From a virus (Duplodnaviria; Caudoviricetes): a stretch of DNA of 49,623 nucleotides. Location: positions 1 to 49,623 of IMG/VR virus record IMGVR_UViG_3300028585_000031. The stretch is one strand, 5' to 3'. Every line of letters begins with the position of its first letter. Position 1 is the first letter of the stretch. The notes beneath the pieces were generated by a model. The model saw nothing but the letters and a program-made list of their open reading frames with translations. It was not told where the DNA came from and searched no databases. This document shows, piece by piece, positions 7,723 through 15,833 of this stretch. Position numbers and translations under genes: made by a program.

Positions 7723-8187
7723 TCATCGAAGGGTATCGCGCACCTGCCGCCAGCGTTCATAAGCGGCATCCCACAAGGCGAACTTCTCTTCTCGCGTGAA
7801 CTGTGCGCCCTGGTCGAGCTCGGCATGGCAGTGGAAGCAGGCCGGCACCGTGAATTCGTCGTGTGCCTTGATGCCGCGGCCTTTCCCGTGCCGGGACTGG
7901 TTGCTGTGCGCCGGCACCACCGTATCGACCTGGTTGCGGCAGACGCCCGGGATGCGCAGGTAGCATGGCTGCCCGCGGCACAGTTCGGCCTCGCCGGTCT
8001 TCGGGCGCGGGTCGGCGTTGGTGCGGCTCTTGGTGCGCATCGGCTTGCTGGCGCGCGACATGGGCTTCGTCGTCTTCAGCGGCGCTCCCTGCTTGAGCGT
8101 GCTGGAGCCGCGCGCTATCGGCTGCGTGCGGGGTGCGAAGCCCTTGCCGGGCTTCATTGGGCTGCGCTTCACGCTAGAAGCTGCCAT
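7723..8187 (-). CDS. DUF1364/YbcO-like Zn-binding nuclease
   Basis: CYLRIPGVC...VVPAHSN...HGKGRGIKAHD...ACFHCH; basic N-terminal KRSPMKP repeats. Confidence 0.85.
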   Translation of the reverse strand: MAASSVKRSPMKPGKGFAPRTQPIARGSSTLKQGAPLKTTKPMSRASKPMRTKSRTNADPRPKTGEAELCRGQPCYLRIPGVCRNQVDTVVPAHSNQSRHGKGRGIKAHDEFTVPACFHCHAELDQGAQFTREEKFALWDAAYERWRQVRDTLR

Positions 8188-8897
8188 GCTGCTGCCGCCA
8201 CTCGCGGAACTTGTCCATTGCCAGCGGCTCGATGGCGGTCCACCCGATAGGCCACCCCATCTGCCACTCTAGGAATGTCGGATGAGGTGCGCCACCAAGA
8301 ACACTCTCCAAGCCGACTTGCACCTTCTTGCCGTTGTGGTATGCGCTCTTGCCGCGCCAGTCCGTGATGTGCTTCACGCTCCTGCCGCCGTTCGGAACGT
8401 TGGGCGTGGGCAGCAATCCAGATTCGCTCGCGCAAGTGGGGAGCGCCGGTATTGTTCGCAGAAACAACTCCCCATTCCGCATCGAACCCCAGCGCGGCCA
8501 AGTCTCCGAGAACAACTCCGAGTCCGCGAGAAGTGAGAACTGGGCTGTTTTCCACGAACGCGAATCGGGGCTGTACTTCGCCAATGATCCTTGCCATATG
8601 CGACCACAATCCGCTGCGCTCGCCGTCGAGCCCGGCGCCGCGTCCTGCTGCGCTGATGTCCTGGCAGGGAAAGCCGCCAGAAACGACATCAACAATTCCA
8701 CGCCATGGCTTTCCGTCAAAGGTCGTAACGTCTGACCAAATTGGGAAAGGCTCAAGGATTCGATCATTTTGTCTTTGCGCCAAAACGGCTGCGGCGTAGG
8801 CATCACGTTCAACTGCGCAGACGGTTCGCCATCCAAGGAGGTGCCCGCCGAGTATTCCTCCACCAGCGCCTGCGAAAAGAGCCAGCTCATTCATCAT
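8169..8897 (-). CDS. C5-cytosine DNA methyltransferase, large (alpha) subunit
   Basis: Motifs I (LFAGAGG), IV (GFPCQDIS), VI (ENS), VIII (HLRERIW), X (GNGQVP); motif IX absent. Confidence 0.92.
   Translation of the reverse strand: MMNELALFAGAGGGILGGHLLGWRTVCAVERDAYAAAVLAQRQNDRILEPFPIWSDVTTFDGKPWRGIVDVVSGGFPCQDISAAGRGAGLDGERSGLWSHMARIIGEVQPRFAFVENSPVLTSRGLGVVLGDLAALGFDAEWGVVSANNTGAPHLRERIWIAAHAQRSERRQEREAHHGLARQERIPQRQEGASRLGECSWWRTSSDIPRVADGVAYRVDRHRAAGNGQVPRVAAAAWQLLA
8174..8890 (-). CDS. overlapping +1-frame ORF, putative methyltransferase beta subunit
   Basis: Same-strand 238-aa open frame inside the MTase gene; ends with motif IX-like HPTFLEWQMGWPIGWT; true start uncertain. Confidence 0.65.
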   Translation of the reverse strand: MSWLFSQALVEEYSAGTSLDGEPSAQLNVMPTPQPFWRKDKMIESLSLSQFGQTLRPLTESHGVELLMSFLAAFPARTSAQQDAAPGSTASAADCGRIWQGSLAKYSPDSRSWKTAQFSLLADSELFSETWPRWGSMRNGELFLRTIPALPTCASESGLLPTPNVPNGGRSVKHITDWRGKSAYHNGKKVQVGLESVLGGAPHPTFLEWQMGWPIGWTAIEPLAMDKFREWRQQHGSF

Positions 8898-8937
8898 TCC
8901 TTCCTTCTGTGCATTGCGTTGTCATGGGGTTCCTCTG

Positions 8938-9423
8938 TTATTCGGCAAAAGCATCGCGCGCCGGTACGGCGTAGCGGGTATTCGTGTTCAGCGGCGTCAG
9001 GAAGGCGTCGAACTTAGGGCGCAGCCCGTTCCTTTTGGCGTGGCGCTCGCGCCGGCGCGCCAGGAACAGGGCATACACCTCGTCGCGGTCGAGCGGCACA
9101 TCCTCGCCCGCCCCGAGCGCGTAGACAGGTGCCCAGCGCGCGCCGGTGAACTCGTGGCCGCTGATGTGGATTTTTCCGGCGCTGTGCAGTTTCTTGAATG
9201 CCTTGTGCGCCGAGGCCGGATGCACTTCCAGCTTGGCGATCGCCTGCACCATCGTGCACGGCAATACGCCCAGCAGCTGGTCCTTGATGTATGGGCGCGC
9301 AATGTTGAGCCCGGCGCGGCGCGCCTTTTTCATGAACAGGCCGTAGTGGTGAAAGCACATGCCTCGCGCATAGAGGTCGGTTTTTTGGCAGTCTTCTTTC
9401 CTGCATTTCTTTTTTTCATCCAT
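8938..9423 (-). CDS. Zn-finger plus winged-HTH protein
   Basis: C-x4-C...C-x2-H N-terminus, then a wHTH ending GKIHISG...PVYALG. Confidence 0.7.
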   Translation of the reverse strand: MDEKKKCRKEDCQKTDLYARGMCFHHYGLFMKKARRAGLNIARPYIKDQLLGVLPCTMVQAIAKLEVHPASAHKAFKKLHSAGKIHISGHEFTGARWAPVYALGAGEDVPLDRDEVYALFLARRRERHAKRNGLRPKFDAFLTPLNTNTRYAVPARDAFAE

Positions 9424-9424
9424 G

Positions 9425-10021
9425 TCACAGTCCCAGGGCCGCGGCCCATCCGGTTTTCATTACCTTCTTCTCGACGGCCTTCTTCTCGACCAGGTAGGGC
9501 GTGCGCTCGACATCGGGCAGGTTGCCCAGCGAGTAGCGCGCGATAGCCTGCGTGCGGCCCGATGCCCAGCTGCTGACGTAGATGCGCCCAGCTTCGCGCA
9601 ATCGCACCAGTGCGCGGCGCACCAGAGATTCGCTGCGTTTCATCTGGCGCACAAGGTCGCGTGAAGTCATCGGCCTGATTTCCAGCAGCGCCAGCACGCG
9701 CGCGTCGTTCTGGTCGTTGATGTCCTTGCGCGTCGCGTTCTTGCGGCGCATCTCGCGCGTCGATACGAACACGGCGTCGGGCTTGTTGCCGGCCAGGTAG
9801 CGAGGCGTGCGCGTGCCGCCCTGCGGCTGCGGCTTGAAATGGTCGATATACAGGCGCTTTGGCTTCTCGGCGTGCAGCAGGTCGATGTGGCGCTTGACCT
9901 GCCCCAACGACAGCGGCAGCGCGGCCGAAATCTCCAGGCACGTCATCGGCGTCGTCTCGATCAGCGCCAGGATGCGCTCGCGCTGGCGCTTGCTGTGCGT
10001 CTTGTTCGGCTTGTAGGGCAT
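9425..10021 (-). CDS. tandem winged-HTH protein (198 aa)
   Basis: Two repeats RILAL....PMT..E....L..S...V.R.L..L; ATG at 10021 coupled to the cro-like stop; AGGAG SD. Confidence 0.75.
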   Translation of the reverse strand: MPYKPNKTHSKRQRERILALIETTPMTCLEISAALPLSLGQVKRHIDLLHAEKPKRLYIDHFKPQPQGGTRTPRYLAGNKPDAVFVSTREMRRKNATRKDINDQNDARVLALLEIRPMTSRDLVRQMKRSESLVRRALVRLREAGRIYVSSWASGRTQAIARYSLGNLPDVERTPYLVEKKAVEKKVMKTGWAAALGL

Positions 10022-10218
10022 CAGCCGCCCTCCTTGTCGTGGCGCACCTTCTCCAGAAACTTCGTCAGCTTTTTCAGTGCCAGCGTATCGACCCGGCGCG
10101 GCTCGGCATTGGCCCAGCGGCTGATCGTCATTTGCGATACGCCGGCCTGCGCGCTGATCTCCAGTTGCGAGAACTTCAACCTCTGAAGCTCCTTCACAGT
10201 TTTGTGTAGCGATTCCAT
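10021..10218 (-). CDS. Cro-like XRE-family HTH regulator (65 aa)
   Basis: FSQLEISAQAGVSQMTISRW HTH; first gene of the leftward operon; start at ATG 10218. Confidence 0.85.
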   Translation of the reverse strand: MESLHKTVKELQRLKFSQLEISAQAGVSQMTISRWANAEPRRVDTLALKKLTKFLEKVRHDKEGG

Positions 10219-10252
10219 AACATTTCCTATGTGGTTGAGGGCTAACGCTTTC

Positions 10253-10314
10253 ATTATAGTTTGAATCGTTATCGTTTGAAAAGTCTTGCTTTCCTTTTTT
10301 TTGCTTGCTAAGAT
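10253..10314. promoter_or_regulatory. divergent promoter region
   Basis: Plus strand TTGCTT(10286)-17 nt-TAAGAT(10309) with extended TG; minus strand TATAAT at 10253-10258; repeats TTCAAAC x2 and AACGAT x2 on the minus strand. Confidence 0.75.
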
Positions 10315-10348
10315 GCTCCATATCGCATCACAACAACGGGAGAACAAC

Positions 10349-10672
10349 ATGCTGCGCAACCAGGTGGAGAAATACGAGATCGACGAGCTGGTCATTGGCC
10401 TGACGGGTGGCCTCGATCGTGTGCTCGGCAACGATGTGCCGGTGCTGGTGACGTTCGACTACGACGCCGGCAGCGCCGACGGCGAAGACCTGCCCTCGCT
10501 GCACAACGTTGTCGTTCGCTGCGCTGGCGAAACTACGCTAGGCGACGAGGATGCGGAACTGAAGCTGGCCTGTGGCTTCAACCTGAACCCGTACATCACC
10601 GATGCGCAGACCGACAAGATCGAAGAAACCATTCTGGCTCGCATCGCCGAGCGCGAAAAAGAAGAAGCTTGA
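10349..10672 (+). CDS. acidic hypothetical protein (107 aa)
   Basis: GGGAG SD before ATG 10349; first gene of the rightward operon. Confidence 0.75.
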   Translation: MLRNQVEKYEIDELVIGLTGGLDRVLGNDVPVLVTFDYDAGSADGEDLPSLHNVVVRCAGETTLGDEDAELKLACGFNLNPYITDAQTDKIEETILARIAEREKEEA

Positions 10673-10712
10673 TTAACCCGCCGCCCTCGGGCGGCACCTA
10701 CTGGAAGACATC

Positions 10713-11465
10713 ATGCAAGAGCAATCCGCACTCGTTATCGAACCACAGCGCGCCGTCGCTGCCCAGCCAGCCATCACGCCCGGCCACCTGCTTCAGATCG
10801 CCATTGACAAGGGCGCTGACCTGGAGCGCTTGGAGAAGCTGATGGATCTGCAAGTGAAGTACGAGGCGAACGAGGCGCGAAAAGCCTACGTCGCCGACAT
10901 GGCCGCCTTCAAGCTCAACCCGCCCGAGATCATCAAGGACAAGCAGGTCGGCTACAAGGACAAGAACGACAACTTTGTCGGCTACAAGCACGCCACCCTC
11001 GGCGCCGTCACCAGTGCGATCGTCGACGGATTGGCGAAGCACGGCTTTTCCCACCGCTGGGACACGCGGCAGGAAGGCGGGGTCGTCATCGTCACCTGCA
11101 TCATCACGCACCGCATGGGGCACAGCGAAAGCACCACCCTGTCGGCGCAGAAGGATGACTCGGGCAAGAAGAACCAGATCCAGCAGATGGCTTCGGCGAT
11201 GACCTACCTGCAGCGTTACACGTTGCTGGCGGCGACGGGACTGGCGACGCACGAGCAAGACGACGACGGCGCGGCCGCCGAACTCGACACCGCGCTGGCC
11301 GACAAGTGGATCACCAAGGTCAAGGATGCGCAGACCGACGAAGAGGCGGTCAACGTCTGGAACGCTGGCATCGCCGAGATCGAGGCGGCAAAGGACCGGC
11401 ACGCTTATGCTGAATTCAAGCAGGCCGTGGCCGCCCGCCGCGCCGAACTGGCGGGGGCGACCTGA
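10713..11465 (+). CDS. erf: ERF-family ssDNA-annealing recombinase
   Basis: YKHATL..V...I...L.KHG.S, GHSES, Q.MASAMTYLQRYTL.A..GL....DDDG motif. Confidence 0.92.
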   Translation: MQEQSALVIEPQRAVAAQPAITPGHLLQIAIDKGADLERLEKLMDLQVKYEANEARKAYVADMAAFKLNPPEIIKDKQVGYKDKNDNFVGYKHATLGAVTSAIVDGLAKHGFSHRWDTRQEGGVVIVTCIITHRMGHSESTTLSAQKDDSGKKNQIQQMASAMTYLQRYTLLAATGLATHEQDDDGAAAELDTALADKWITKVKDAQTDEEAVNVWNAGIAEIEAAKDRHAYAEFKQAVAARRAELAGAT

Positions 11466-11466
11466 T

Positions 11467-12066
11467 ATGGCTGGGTTTTCATCAAACCCGGTATCTGCCG
11501 GCCAGCGATTCGGCATGCTTGTTGCTGTTGAGGATGCCGGGCGATCCAACGACGGGCACAAGCTCTGGCTATGCCGCTGCGATTGTGGCGGTTCCACAGT
11601 CAAGTCGACAAACAACCTTCGGGCAAAACGTATTGCATCGTGCGGCTGCCATGGGGAAAAGGTGCAGAAGGAGAAGCCGATAACCCACGGGAAGAGGTAC
11701 ACCCCAACTTACTTATCATGGCAGGCAGCTAAGGCCAGGTGCCATAACCCTGATAGCAAAGACTACCCTCGGTACGGCGCGAAAGGTATTGCAATGTGCG
11801 CCGAGTGGCGCGACTCGTTTGAAGCGTTTTATTCGGACATGGGGGATAGACCTCCTGGAACCAGTCTTGATCGCTATCCAGACCAAAGCGGTAATTACGA
11901 GCCGACGAACTGCCGTTGGGCGACGGTCATAGAGCAAGCGCGAAATCGCGCAAACCATATCGAAATCGAGTGGGATGGACAGATCACGGCACTTGTCGAT
12001 GTGGCGGCTCGGTTGGGAATAACCTACGGCGCTGCGTATATGCGCCTGAAACGGGGGAAGCTATGA
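11467..12066 (+). CDS. free-standing HNH-type homing endonuclease
   Basis: G.RFG.L...WLCRCDCG...SCGC, THG...SW..AK.RC, YG.KGI.MC.EW, SLDR...GNYEP.NCRWAT; lower GC than flanks. Confidence 0.88.
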   Translation: MAGFSSNPVSAGQRFGMLVAVEDAGRSNDGHKLWLCRCDCGGSTVKSTNNLRAKRIASCGCHGEKVQKEKPITHGKRYTPTYLSWQAAKARCHNPDSKDYPRYGAKGIAMCAEWRDSFEAFYSDMGDRPPGTSLDRYPDQSGNYEPTNCRWATVIEQARNRANHIEIEWDGQITALVDVAARLGITYGAAYMRLKRGKL

Positions 12067-12761
12067 GGTTTATCGAATGTCAGCAGGGCACGCCAGAGTG
12101 GAGCCAAGCCCGCGCCGGCCTGATAACCGCATCTTGCGTGGCCGACGCCATCAGCCTGTGCTCGCGCAAGTCAGGCAGTCGCAACGTTGGCGACCCGACG
12201 GCCGCCGCTGAACGCTACGCCGCCGATCTGGCGATCGAACGCATCAGTGGGAAGCCACAAGGCGAGCCGGTTAAAACGTGGGTGCTGGAGCGTGGGCACG
12301 AAATGGAGTTTGCAGCCCGCATGATCTATGAGGCGCGCACAAAAGCTTTCGTTACCGAGGCCGGCATTTGCATCGACGATGAGGGCCGATTCGGTTACAG
12401 CTCGGATGGGCTCGTCAATAACGATGGCCTGATCGAGATCAAGGCCCCAGTCGATAGCAGCAAGATTGTCGCCATGTGGCGGACTGGCGACGTGTCTGAA
12501 TACATTCATCAAATGCAGTGCGGTATGTGGCTTACGGGCCGCGCCTGGTGCGACTTCATCATGTACGTGCCGGATCTGGCCGTCGTCGGCAAGGATCTGT
12601 TCGTCAAGCGCATTCCGCGCGACGATGCCTTCATCGACGCCATGGCGATCGACCTGGCGCGCTTTGCCCGGATGGTAGATGAATATGAAACCTTGCTGCG
12701 CCGCGTCGGCGCGTCAGCCGTTGCATTACCCGCGCCCGACTGGCGCGCACAATTCGCATAA
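12063..12761 (+). CDS. YqaJ/lambda-type exonuclease
   Basis: QGTPEW..AR.G.ITAS, RGHEME..AR, SSDGL, IEIK.P, Q.Q..MW.TGR.WCDF. Confidence 0.92.
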   Translation: MRFIECQQGTPEWSQARAGLITASCVADAISLCSRKSGSRNVGDPTAAAERYAADLAIERISGKPQGEPVKTWVLERGHEMEFAARMIYEARTKAFVTEAGICIDDEGRFGYSSDGLVNNDGLIEIKAPVDSSKIVAMWRTGDVSEYIHQMQCGMWLTGRAWCDFIMYVPDLAVVGKDLFVKRIPRDDAFIDAMAIDLARFARMVDEYETLLRRVGASAVALPAPDWRAQFA

Positions 12762-12780
12762 CAACCACAAGGAGAAATGC

Positions 12781-14100
12781 ATGACCCAAGAAGCCACCCC
12801 GTTCGCCCTCGCCCCTGCCGACCCGCAGGCATTGATCGCCCTGCCGCCGGCCGAGCGCGCCGCCGTGGCACTCAATTCCAGCGTGGCCGAACAGCAGCTG
12901 CGCGAACTCGTCACGCGCTCGGCCGAGATCAAGAGCGTGGTCGACGCGAACGGCCGCAAGGAAGTGCACGCCGCCGCCATGGCGCTGAAAAATGCCCGCG
13001 TCGCCGTGGCGAATCACGGCAAGGCGGCGCGCGAGGATGCCACCGCTTTCCAGCGCGCCGTGGTCGCTGAAGTCGAACGCCTGGCCGCGATCACTGCTGT
13101 CGAGGAAGAACGCCTGTTCGGCCTGCGCGATGCCTACGACGAGAAGGTGGCCGCAGAGAAGGCCGAGCGCGAGCGCCTGGCGGCGATCCGCACTGCTGAA
13201 ATCGCAGCTGCCATGCAGTCCATCCGCGAGTTGCCTGTCGTGCTGGCCGGCGCCGATTCGGCGCAATTGGCCGCGAAGCTGGGCGAGCTGGCGAACAAGG
13301 AAATGACCGAAGCCGAATTCGGCGACAAGCTGGAAGCCGCAAAGGCGCTGCTCGACGAAACGGCCGGTGCGCTGGTGCGCCTGCACGAAGCGGCCACGGC
13401 GCGCGAAGCTGCCGAAGCGGAGCGCCTGCGCTTGGCCGAAGAACAGCGCCTCGAAGTCGAACGCCTGCGCCAGGAAGCCGCCGAGCGCGAGCGCGTCGAA
13501 GCACAGCAGCGCGCCATCCGCGAGCAGCAGGAACGCGAGCGCCAGGCCGAAGCCGCCCGCCAGGCACGTGAGCATGCCGAACAGATGGCGGCGATCCAGC
13601 GCCAGCAAGCGCAGATGCAGGCGATCATGGACATGCAAGGCCTGGCCGATGCGCTGACCACCGCCGGCCAGGCTGGCGACCGCGCCGCGCTCGAAGCGGC
13701 AGTGGCGAAGTCGCGCGCATTCGACCCGGGCGAGTTCGGCGCGATGGCGGCCATGGCCAAGATGGCGCGCGATGCGGCCCTGCCGCTGCTGGAAGGCATG
13801 CTGGCGGCCCTGCCAGTGCCAGCGCAGGAAGTCGTGGCCGAACCAGAGCCAGAAGTGCAGGCCGCGCCGGTGCAGGTGCCGGTGCAGGACGAGGCGGAAG
13901 CGCCAGCGCCAGAATCTGCGCCATGGCCGGGCATCGACTGGGACGAGCCGCCGGCCAGCGCCGTGCCCGCCGCGCTGCTGGAAGGCCCGACCGATGCCGA
14001 GATTGTGGAAATCATCGCCAACTACTACGGCATGACGTTTGCCGAAGCAGCCGAGCGTGTGCTGGCGATCAACGTTGCCAACCTGCAGGAACTGGAGTAA
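12781..14100 (+). CDS. long coiled-coil hypothetical protein (439 aa)
   Basis: AAGGAG SD before ATG 12781; A/E/R/Q-rich heptads. Confidence 0.8.
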   Translation: MTQEATPFALAPADPQALIALPPAERAAVALNSSVAEQQLRELVTRSAEIKSVVDANGRKEVHAAAMALKNARVAVANHGKAAREDATAFQRAVVAEVERLAAITAVEEERLFGLRDAYDEKVAAEKAERERLAAIRTAEIAAAMQSIRELPVVLAGADSAQLAAKLGELANKEMTEAEFGDKLEAAKALLDETAGALVRLHEAATAREAAEAERLRLAEEQRLEVERLRQEAAERERVEAQQRAIREQQERERQAEAARQAREHAEQMAAIQRQQAQMQAIMDMQGLADALTTAGQAGDRAALEAAVAKSRAFDPGEFGAMAAMAKMARDAALPLLEGMLAALPVPAQEVVAEPEPEVQAAPVQVPVQDEAEAPAPESAPWPGIDWDEPPASAVPAALLEGPTDAEIVEIIANYYGMTFAEAAERVLAINVANLQELE

Positions 14101-14103
14101 GCG

Positions 14104-14493
14104 ATGACCGCGCACGACACCGAACACGATGCGGAGCGGCGCGCGGGCGAGCGCCGAGTTGACCCAATGGGCGACTCGGCCGCCGAGGAAGCACTGCGCT
14201 TTCTTGGGTCGCAGGCCGAAGCAGCTGGCGTCGCGCGCGCCCAGATGACCTACCTTGAACACTGGCGCAAAAGCGAGCTCGCCCGTCTGAAGCGCCAAGC
14301 GCCTGAAAAGACCGACGCCGCGCGCGAAGCTTGGGCGCGCGACCATGCCGATTACCGCGTGGTGCTGGATGCGCAATACGAAGCCATCCGTGCCTACGAG
14401 GTGCTGTCTTGGAAGAAGACGCAAGCCGAAGCAACCATCGCGGCATGGCAAACCCGCAACGCAAACAACCGCGCCGCCGACCGGATGCGATAG
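14104..14493 (+). CDS. conserved helical phage protein (possibly UvsY-like)
   Basis: T.AAREAWA..H.DY...L.....A......L.W....A...I.AWQT..AN.R pattern; located in the recombination operon. Confidence 0.6.
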   Translation: MTAHDTEHDAERRAGERRVDPMGDSAAEEALRFLGSQAEAAGVARAQMTYLEHWRKSELARLKRQAPEKTDAAREAWARDHADYRVVLDAQYEAIRAYEVLSWKKTQAEATIAAWQTRNANNRAADRMR

Positions 14494-14540
14494 CCCGCGC
14501 GGCACCGCGCCGCGCACCCTTTAACGAAACAGGAACCTGA

Positions 14541-14900
14541 ATGGACATGGACATCAAACCGATCTCGCACTTCGCAGCGCCGCCCGCGCTGCCGCCCTTC
14601 ACGGCCATGCTGGTCGAACACGAACCCGGCATGCCGCCCGACCAACTCGACCGCCTCGACGCCGTGGCCGCGCAGTTCATCGCCGCCCAGCACGCATCGC
14701 CTGGCGACGCAAAGCATGGTTCGCGCGCGCTGGCCGCCTTCAACAAGCTGTCAACCGGTGAGCGCGTCTACGTGGCGCTGGCGGCCAACGATCCCGACCT
14801 TCTGCGCTTCCTGCACCTGACCATTGCCGAAGCAATCGACCGCCTGGACTGGGTCGATGCCAGCGCCATGGTGGCGCGTTGGCGGAATCGGCGAGGATGA
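14541..14900 (+). CDS. hypothetical protein
   Basis: 119-aa ORF with typical codon usage; LSTGERVYVALAAN motif. Confidence 0.7.
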   Translation: MDMDIKPISHFAAPPALPPFTAMLVEHEPGMPPDQLDRLDAVAAQFIAAQHASPGDAKHGSRALAAFNKLSTGERVYVALAANDPDLLRFLHLTIAEAIDRLDWVDASAMVARWRNRRG

Positions 14901-14901
14901 A

Positions 14902-15150
14902 ATGCGGATCATCACCCTGATCCCACTGAACAAGCGGGCCAAGCAGATCATCAAGCAGCACGGCGAGCGCTGGGAGGTAGTCAGGCGGCAGGAGCGGGTT
15001 TTGTTCGACGATGCGGCCGGCCCGTGGCTGTTGGTCCAGCCGCTGACCGAAGAGCGCGCGCCGGCCAATGATGTTCGCTCGGCCCGGATCGAAACGGCGT
15101 CACGGTGGGTTCACGAATTCAACGGCGATGACTTCAAGGTCGCGCCGTAA
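14902..15150 (+). CDS. hypothetical protein (82 aa)
   Basis: ATG 2 nt after the upstream stop; RAKQIIKQHG..W...SRWVH...D.DF. Confidence 0.7.
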   Translation: MRIITLIPLNKRAKQIIKQHGERWEVVRRQERVLFDDAAGPWLLVQPLTEERAPANDVRSARIETASRWVHEFNGDDFKVAP

Positions 15151-15201
15151 TAACGGGAAGCCGCGCACCGATTAGCGCGGCACAAAAAATAAACGGAGAA
15201 A

Positions 15202-15696
15202 ATGATGGGGCAATCCACCAATGCAATTATGGCTTTTGGCTTCGACCTTGGCGAAGAATTGCCGGACAGCTTTGAAGCGAACGCCGAAGATGACGGCGAA
15301 GATGACGGCGAAGATGACGGCGAAGATGACGGCGAAGATGACGGCGAAGATGACGGCGAAGATGACGGCGGTTTCGAGTCGGACGATTTTCTGCTGCGCG
15401 ATTACGACGCGGGCATACCGGAATGGCAGCCGGGCCTCTCGCCGGACTACTGGAAGGACAAACGCGATGCCTTGGCGAAGATCCCGGTCGATCTGATCCA
15501 GCATTGCTCTGGCGACTATCCGATGTATTTCCTGGCAGTCCGCGGCACCCAACGCACGGCGACTCGCGGCAATCCGACACAGGCATCTCAGTATCTGATC
15601 GGCCAGGATGAAATCGACGCCCTACGCGCTTTCTGCGACAAGCATGGCATCGAATGGCAAGAGCCGAAATGGTACATTTTCAGCATGTGGAACTAG
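15202..15696 (+). CDS. acidic hypothetical protein with (EDDG)7 repeat
   Basis: GGAG SD; 164-aa ORF. Confidence 0.85.
   Translation: MMGQSTNAIMAFGFDLGEELPDSFEANAEDDGEDDGEDDGEDDGEDDGEDDGEDDGGFESDDFLLRDYDAGIPEWQPGLSPDYWKDKRDALAKIPVDLIQHCSGDYPMYFLAVRGTQRTATRGNPTQASQYLIGQDEIDALRAFCDKHGIEWQEPKWYIFSMWN
15286..15369 (+). repeat. perfect tandem repeat (GAAGATGACGGC)x7
   Basis: Seven identical in-frame 12-nt units. Confidence 0.97.
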
Positions 15697-15726
15697 CAGG
15701 GAAGCCGCGCCACCTACGTCGCGGCC

Positions 15727-15792
15727 ACAGGTAGGCACTCGGCTGACTAACCATCAGTATTTCGGGGGATCTAAAACGAGTGCCTACCTGTG
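15727..15792. repeat. perfect 16-bp inverted repeat (stem-loop)
   Basis: CACAGGTAGGCACTCG ... CGAGTGCCTACCTGTG. Confidence 0.9.
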
Positions 15793-15799
15793 AAAGTTG

Positions 15800-15827
15800 T
15801 TGCGCTTTGCGCGCTATATGGCATAAT
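15800..15827 (+). promoter_or_regulatory. sigma70-type promoter (extended -10) upstream of the non-coding unit
   Basis: TTGCGC-16 nt-CATAAT with a TG-n extension. Confidence 0.65.
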
Positions 15828-15833
15828 TTCTGG

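Larger units (their letters stand above)
15155..15729 (+). repeat. two copies of a GGGAAGCCGCGC hairpin element flanking one gene (15155-15184 and 15699-15729)
   Basis: Identical 12-mer just after two consecutive stop codons, each forming a GCCGCG/CGCGGC stem followed by (C)ACA. Confidence 0.7.

Noticed and set aside
7354-8250. ORFs 7417-8250 (+), 7410-7826 (-) and 7354-7560 (-)
   Set aside because: Cross a terminator, promoter or strongly paired RNA, or shadow the DUF1364 gene; no recognisable protein features
12631-14517. 628-aa minus-strand ORF (and similar long ORFs 17184-19622 +, 31851-33398 +, 43181-44374 +, 4265-5158 +)
   Set aside because: Antisense shadows of well-supported GC3-rich genes; no motifs or SD
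15151-15184. Integron attC site
   Set aside because: Starts with TAAC but lacks the closing GTT R' box; no integron integrase
15286-15369. Possible CRISPR array
   Set aside because: Contiguous 12-nt units with no spacers, in frame inside a CDS; no cas genes
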